DNA of 64,000 bases, taken from assembly GCA_005776475.1 (NCBI GenBank), contig SXPB01000034.1, forward strand, positions 3,380 to 67,379, in the 5' to 3' direction. Made by a program: the position numbers and the translations under genes. Source of the stretch: Planctomycetia bacterium (GTDB lineage: Bacteria > Planctomycetota > UBA1135 > UBA2386). Positions 61,344 through 64,000 of this stretch are shown one piece after another; position 1 is the stretch's first letter, and each line of letters starts with the position of its first letter. Under the pieces are notes generated by a model that was not told the origin of the DNA, did not search any database, and saw only the letters and a program-made list of their open reading frames with translations.

Positions 61344-62450
61344 ATGATCATCGGTGTCCCCAAGGAGATCAAAGCCCAAGAAAACCGCGTTGGCGCCGTG
61401 CCGGCCATGGTCCTCGACCTGGTCGCTGCCGGCCACACGGTGCTGGTGCAGGAGACCGCGGGTCTCGGCGCTGGTGTGACCGACGAGGCCTACCGCAAGG
61501 TTGGCGCGACCATGGTCGCCACGGCCAGCGAGGTCTACGGCAAGGCCGAGATGATCGTGAAGGTGAAGGAGCCGCTGCCGGCCGAGTACCCGCTGATCAA
61601 GAAGGGCCAGCTGCTGTTCACCTACTTCCACTTCGCCGCGGCGCGCGAGCTGACCGACGCGATGCTGAAGTCGGGGGCCAACTGCTTTGCCTACGAGACG
61701 CTGATCCACAAAGGCTCGCTGCCGCTGCTGACGCCGATGAGCGACGTGGCCGGCCGCATGTCCGTGCAGGTCGGCGCCGTCTGCCTCGAGAAGCACTACG
61801 GCGGCCGCGGCATCCTGCTCGGCGGCGTGCCCGGCGTCGAACCGGCGACGGTGGTGATCCTCGGCGGCGGCGTCGTCGGCACCAATGCGGCGAAGATGGC
61901 CGCTGGCCTCGGCGCCGACGTGCGCCTGCTCGACATCGACCTCGATCGCCTGCGCTACCTGAGCGACGTGATGCCGGCGAACGTGACACTGCTGCACAGC
62001 TCGTCGATCGCGATCCGCGAGCAGATCGTGCACGCCGACCTCGTCATCGGCGCCGTGCTGGTGCAGGGCGCGCGCGCGCCGCGGCTGATCCGCCGCGAGG
62101 ACCTGAAGTCGATGAAGGAAGGCTCGGTCATCGTCGACGTCGCCGTTGACCAGGGCGGTTGCATCGAGACCTGCAAGCCGACCACGCACGCCGATCCGAC
62201 CTACGTCGTCGCCGGCGTCAGGCACGACTGCGTCGCCACCAGGCCGGGCGCGGTGCCGCGCACGTCGACGTTCGGCCTGACCAACGCCACCGGCCCGTGG
62301 GCTCGCAAGATCGCCGGCATGGGTGCCGCCAAGGCCGCCGCGGATCCGGTGCTCGGCACCGCCGCCAACGTGCTCGCCGGCCAGGTCACGCACCAGGGCG
62401 TCGCCGAAGCATTCAACCTGCCGTACCGCGCGCCGAGCAGCGTGCTGTGA
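61344..62450 (+). CDS. ald: Alanine dehydrogenase
   Basis: [77 protein letters not shown]. Confidence 0.9.
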   Translation: MIIGVPKEIKAQENRVGAVPAMVLDLVAAGHTVLVQETAGLGAGVTDEAYRKVGATMVATASEVYGKAEMIVKVKEPLPAEYPLIKKGQLLFTYFHFAAARELTDAMLKSGANCFAYETLIHKGSLPLLTPMSDVAGRMSVQVGAVCLEKHYGGRGILLGGVPGVEPATVVILGGGVVGTNAAKMAAGLGADVRLLDIDLDRLRYLSDVMPANVTLLHSSSIAIREQIVHADLVIGAVLVQGARAPRLIRREDLKSMKEGSVIVDVAVDQGGCIETCKPTTHADPTYVVAGVRHDCVATRPGAVPRTSTFGLTNATGPWARKIAGMGAAKAAADPVLGTAANVLAGQVTHQGVAEAFNLPYRAPSSVL

Positions 62451-63286
62451 TCGGAAGCGGCGGCGAGCCGGCAATCGGCCTCTGGCAGGCGTTCGTGCTC
62501 GGGCTCGTCGAAGGGATCACCGAGTTCCTGCCGGTCAGCAGCACCGGCCACCTGATCATCGCGCAGCGCTTGCTGGGCCTGCCGGGTGGCGAAGCGAACA
62601 ACGTGTTCGCGATCGGCATCCAGATGGGGGCGATCAGCGCGATCCTCGTGCTGTATTGGCGGCGGTTGCTGGCAGCCGCGCGCACGGCGCTGCACCCGGC
62701 CACCGGGGCGCCGAACCTGCTTTGGCAGATCGCGGTCGCGGCCCTGCCGGCGATCGCCCTCGGCCTGCTCGCCGAAGACTGGATCGATGCGCACTTGTTC
62801 ACCACGACGACCGTGGCGGTGACGATGGTGGCCGGCGGCGTGCTGTTGTTGGTCCTGGAACGTTGGCAACGGCGCGGCGCCGCGGGGACCGAGCTGGCGT
62901 CGATGTCCTACCGTACGGCGTTCGCGATCGGCATGTTCCAGTGCCTCGCGCTGGTGCCGGGCACCAGCCGTTCGGCCGCGACGATCGCCGGCGCGCTCCT
63001 CGTCGGCCTGTCGCGCACGGCCGCGGCCGAGTTCTCGTTCCTGGTCGGGTTGCCGATCCTCTACGGCGCGTCCTTCTACAAGCTGATGAAGCACCACGAC
63101 GCGTTGGCGGGCCCGAACCTGGCGCCGTTCCTGGTCGGCACCGCCGTGGCGTTCGGCAGCGCGCTGATGGTGGTGCGACCGTTCGTCGCGTTCTTGCGCG
63201 CGCACACGTTTGCGCCGTTCGCGATCTACCGGCTGCTGGCCGGGACGCTGTTGTTCGCGCTGCTCGCGGCCGGTTGGCTCGCGTGA
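62447..63286 (+). CDS. uppP: Undecaprenyl-diphosphate phosphatase
   Basis: GLVEGITEFLPVSSTGHLII..VPGTSRSAATIAGALLVG..AAEFSFLVGLP. The GTG at 62447 overlaps the ald TGA as GTGA. Confidence 0.88.
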   Translation: MIGSGGEPAIGLWQAFVLGLVEGITEFLPVSSTGHLIIAQRLLGLPGGEANNVFAIGIQMGAISAILVLYWRRLLAAARTALHPATGAPNLLWQIAVAALPAIALGLLAEDWIDAHLFTTTTVAVTMVAGGVLLLVLERWQRRGAAGTELASMSYRTAFAIGMFQCLALVPGTSRSAATIAGALLVGLSRTAAAEFSFLVGLPILYGASFYKLMKHHDALAGPNLAPFLVGTAVAFGSALMVVRPFVAFLRAHTFAPFAIYRLLAGTLLFALLAAGWLA

Positions 63287-63299
63287 GCGCGCGCGGCCC

Positions 63300-63575
63300 T
63301 CAGGCGCGCTTGTAGCCGAGCTGGCGGACGATCAGCAGGATCTCGCTCCAGCTCGGGAACGGGCGGCCGTTCTCCTTCTTGAAGCGATCGATCGCCGCAA
63401 TGAACTCGAGCGCTTCGCCATCGACCTCGGCGAGGCACGGCGACGAGCGGTCGGGTTCGTCGATGTCGGCGAGTGGATCGACCTTGCGCGCCACAGTCTT
63501 CTGCCGGGTCTTGCCCGCCGATCGAACGACGTGCTTTGGATGTGGCTTGGGCTTCTTTTTTACGGCGCTGACCAT
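63300..63575 (-). CDS. Small basic hypothetical protein (91 aa)
   Basis: Lys/Arg-rich N-terminus (KKKPKPHPKH) and a compact C-terminal segment (EALEFIAAIDRFKKENGRPFPSWSEILLIVRQLGYKR). It lies directly downstream of the mtnA fragment on the same strand. Confidence 0.5.
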   Translation of the reverse strand: MVSAVKKKPKPHPKHVVRSAGKTRQKTVARKVDPLADIDEPDRSSPCLAEVDGEALEFIAAIDRFKKENGRPFPSWSEILLIVRQLGYKRA

Positions 63576-63584
63576 GCCGCCGGC

Positions 63585-63917
63585 TCATCGACCGGCAGGG
63601 AACATGGCCTTGATCGAGGTTTCGAACGGGGCCTCGAGCACGCCTGCCTCGGTGATGATGCCGCGCAACAACTTCGCCGGCGTCACGTCGAAGGCCGGGT
63701 TGCGCGCCGGCACTCCCGCGGCCGCCACGCCGTGGCCCGCGAAGTGGGTGACTTCGATGCCATCGCGCTCTTCGATCGGGATCTGGTTGCCGGTGGCGAG
63801 CGTCAGGTCGAACGTCGACCGCGGCGCCGCGACGTAGAACGGCACCCGGTGCGCGAGGCACGCCAGGGCGAGGCCATAGGTGCCGACCTTGTTGGCGGTG
63901 TCGCCGTTGCCAACGAT
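63585..63917 (-). pseudogene. mtnA: 3' fragment (~110 codons) of S-methyl-5-thioribose-1-phosphate isomerase; the 5' two-thirds are missing at an abrupt composition junction
   Basis: [66 protein letters not shown] matches the C-terminal third of MtnA/eIF-2B-like isomerases. The track ORF's first 8 codons (MRPFLRRS) come from the unrelated AT-rich segment. Confidence 0.65.
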
Positions 63918-64000
63918 GGATCTTCTTAGAAATGGTCTCAAAGTTTAGGGGCTCGCAATCATGTAGAAGCAAACTATTTGTGATGACTTATTTTGCTGTA
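63918..64000. other. AT-rich segment of foreign composition at the window edge
   Basis: My hand count of 63921..64000 gives 29 G+C out of 80, against about 70% in the rest of the window. There is no coding continuity with mtnA. Confidence 0.8.

Noticed and set aside
63940-63950. GGTCTC (BsaI recognition site) inside the AT-rich terminal segment, considered as a hint of an engineered or cloning junction.
   Set aside because: A single 6-mer is expected by chance in 80 bp of AT-rich sequence. No vector-like sequence is recognisable.
1-64000. CRISPR arrays, rRNA genes, IS elements, prophage genes, toxin-antitoxin pairs and classical defence-system domains.
   Set aside because: Reading both strands, I found no repeat-spacer arrays, no transposase, integrase or recombinase motifs, no phage structural genes, and no nuclease, ATPase or TIR-type defence signatures. 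The only hint of foreign DNA is the last ~83 bp.

Overview
A very GC-rich window (roughly 70% G+C by eye, except the last ~80 bp). It is gene-dense: about 60 protein genes, one tRNA, and no rRNA, CRISPR, transposase or integrase. The host looks like a diderm bacterium, given a TolC-type outer-membrane protein, many lipobox or signal-peptide proteins and RseP. Several motifs remind me of Planctomycetota- or Myxococcota-style genomes, but I cannot verify taxonomy here.

Many long ORFs in the six-frame track are high-GC artefacts. I called genes from recognisable family motifs, signal peptides and operon geometry. Starts marked approximate were set by motif position, not computed.

Recognisable housekeeping genes: infC, a dTDP-rhamnose-type nucleotide-sugar cluster (two SDR epimerases, rmlA-like, rmlD, rmlB), thiE, thiL, tsaE, cca, dxr-rseP, a UbiA prenyltransferase, ald, uppP, a DapA-like/KGSADH-like pair, a BoxD/PaaZ-like aldehyde dehydrogenase, and tRNA-Val(GAC). 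Interleaved with these are many exported HEAT/TPR alpha-solenoid proteins of unknown function. Two ECF sigma factors are present; one is followed by a putative anti-sigma factor, a TolC-family gene and a HEAT gene.

Best candidates for something undescribed:
1. A shared ~120-aa extreme C-terminal module on four otherwise unrelated signal-peptide proteins: a beta-propeller, a di-haem peroxidase, an unknown protein, and a GH-like/PKD protein.
2. A tandem pair of ~690-aa exported HEAT paralogs with near-identical mature N-termini (HGGQYRGPG), an FWWEF block and a GILDIL C-terminus.
3. A tight five-gene operon (lipoprotein, lipoprotein, DUF366-like, flippase-like, PfkB) divergent from an inositol-monophosphatase-family gene.
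4. A lipid-modification-looking cluster containing a desaturase/Rossmann-domain fusion and a PSD-like gene.
5. An abrupt AT-rich junction that truncates mtnA at the right edge of the window.

All functional ideas for these are hypotheses. No database search was possible.
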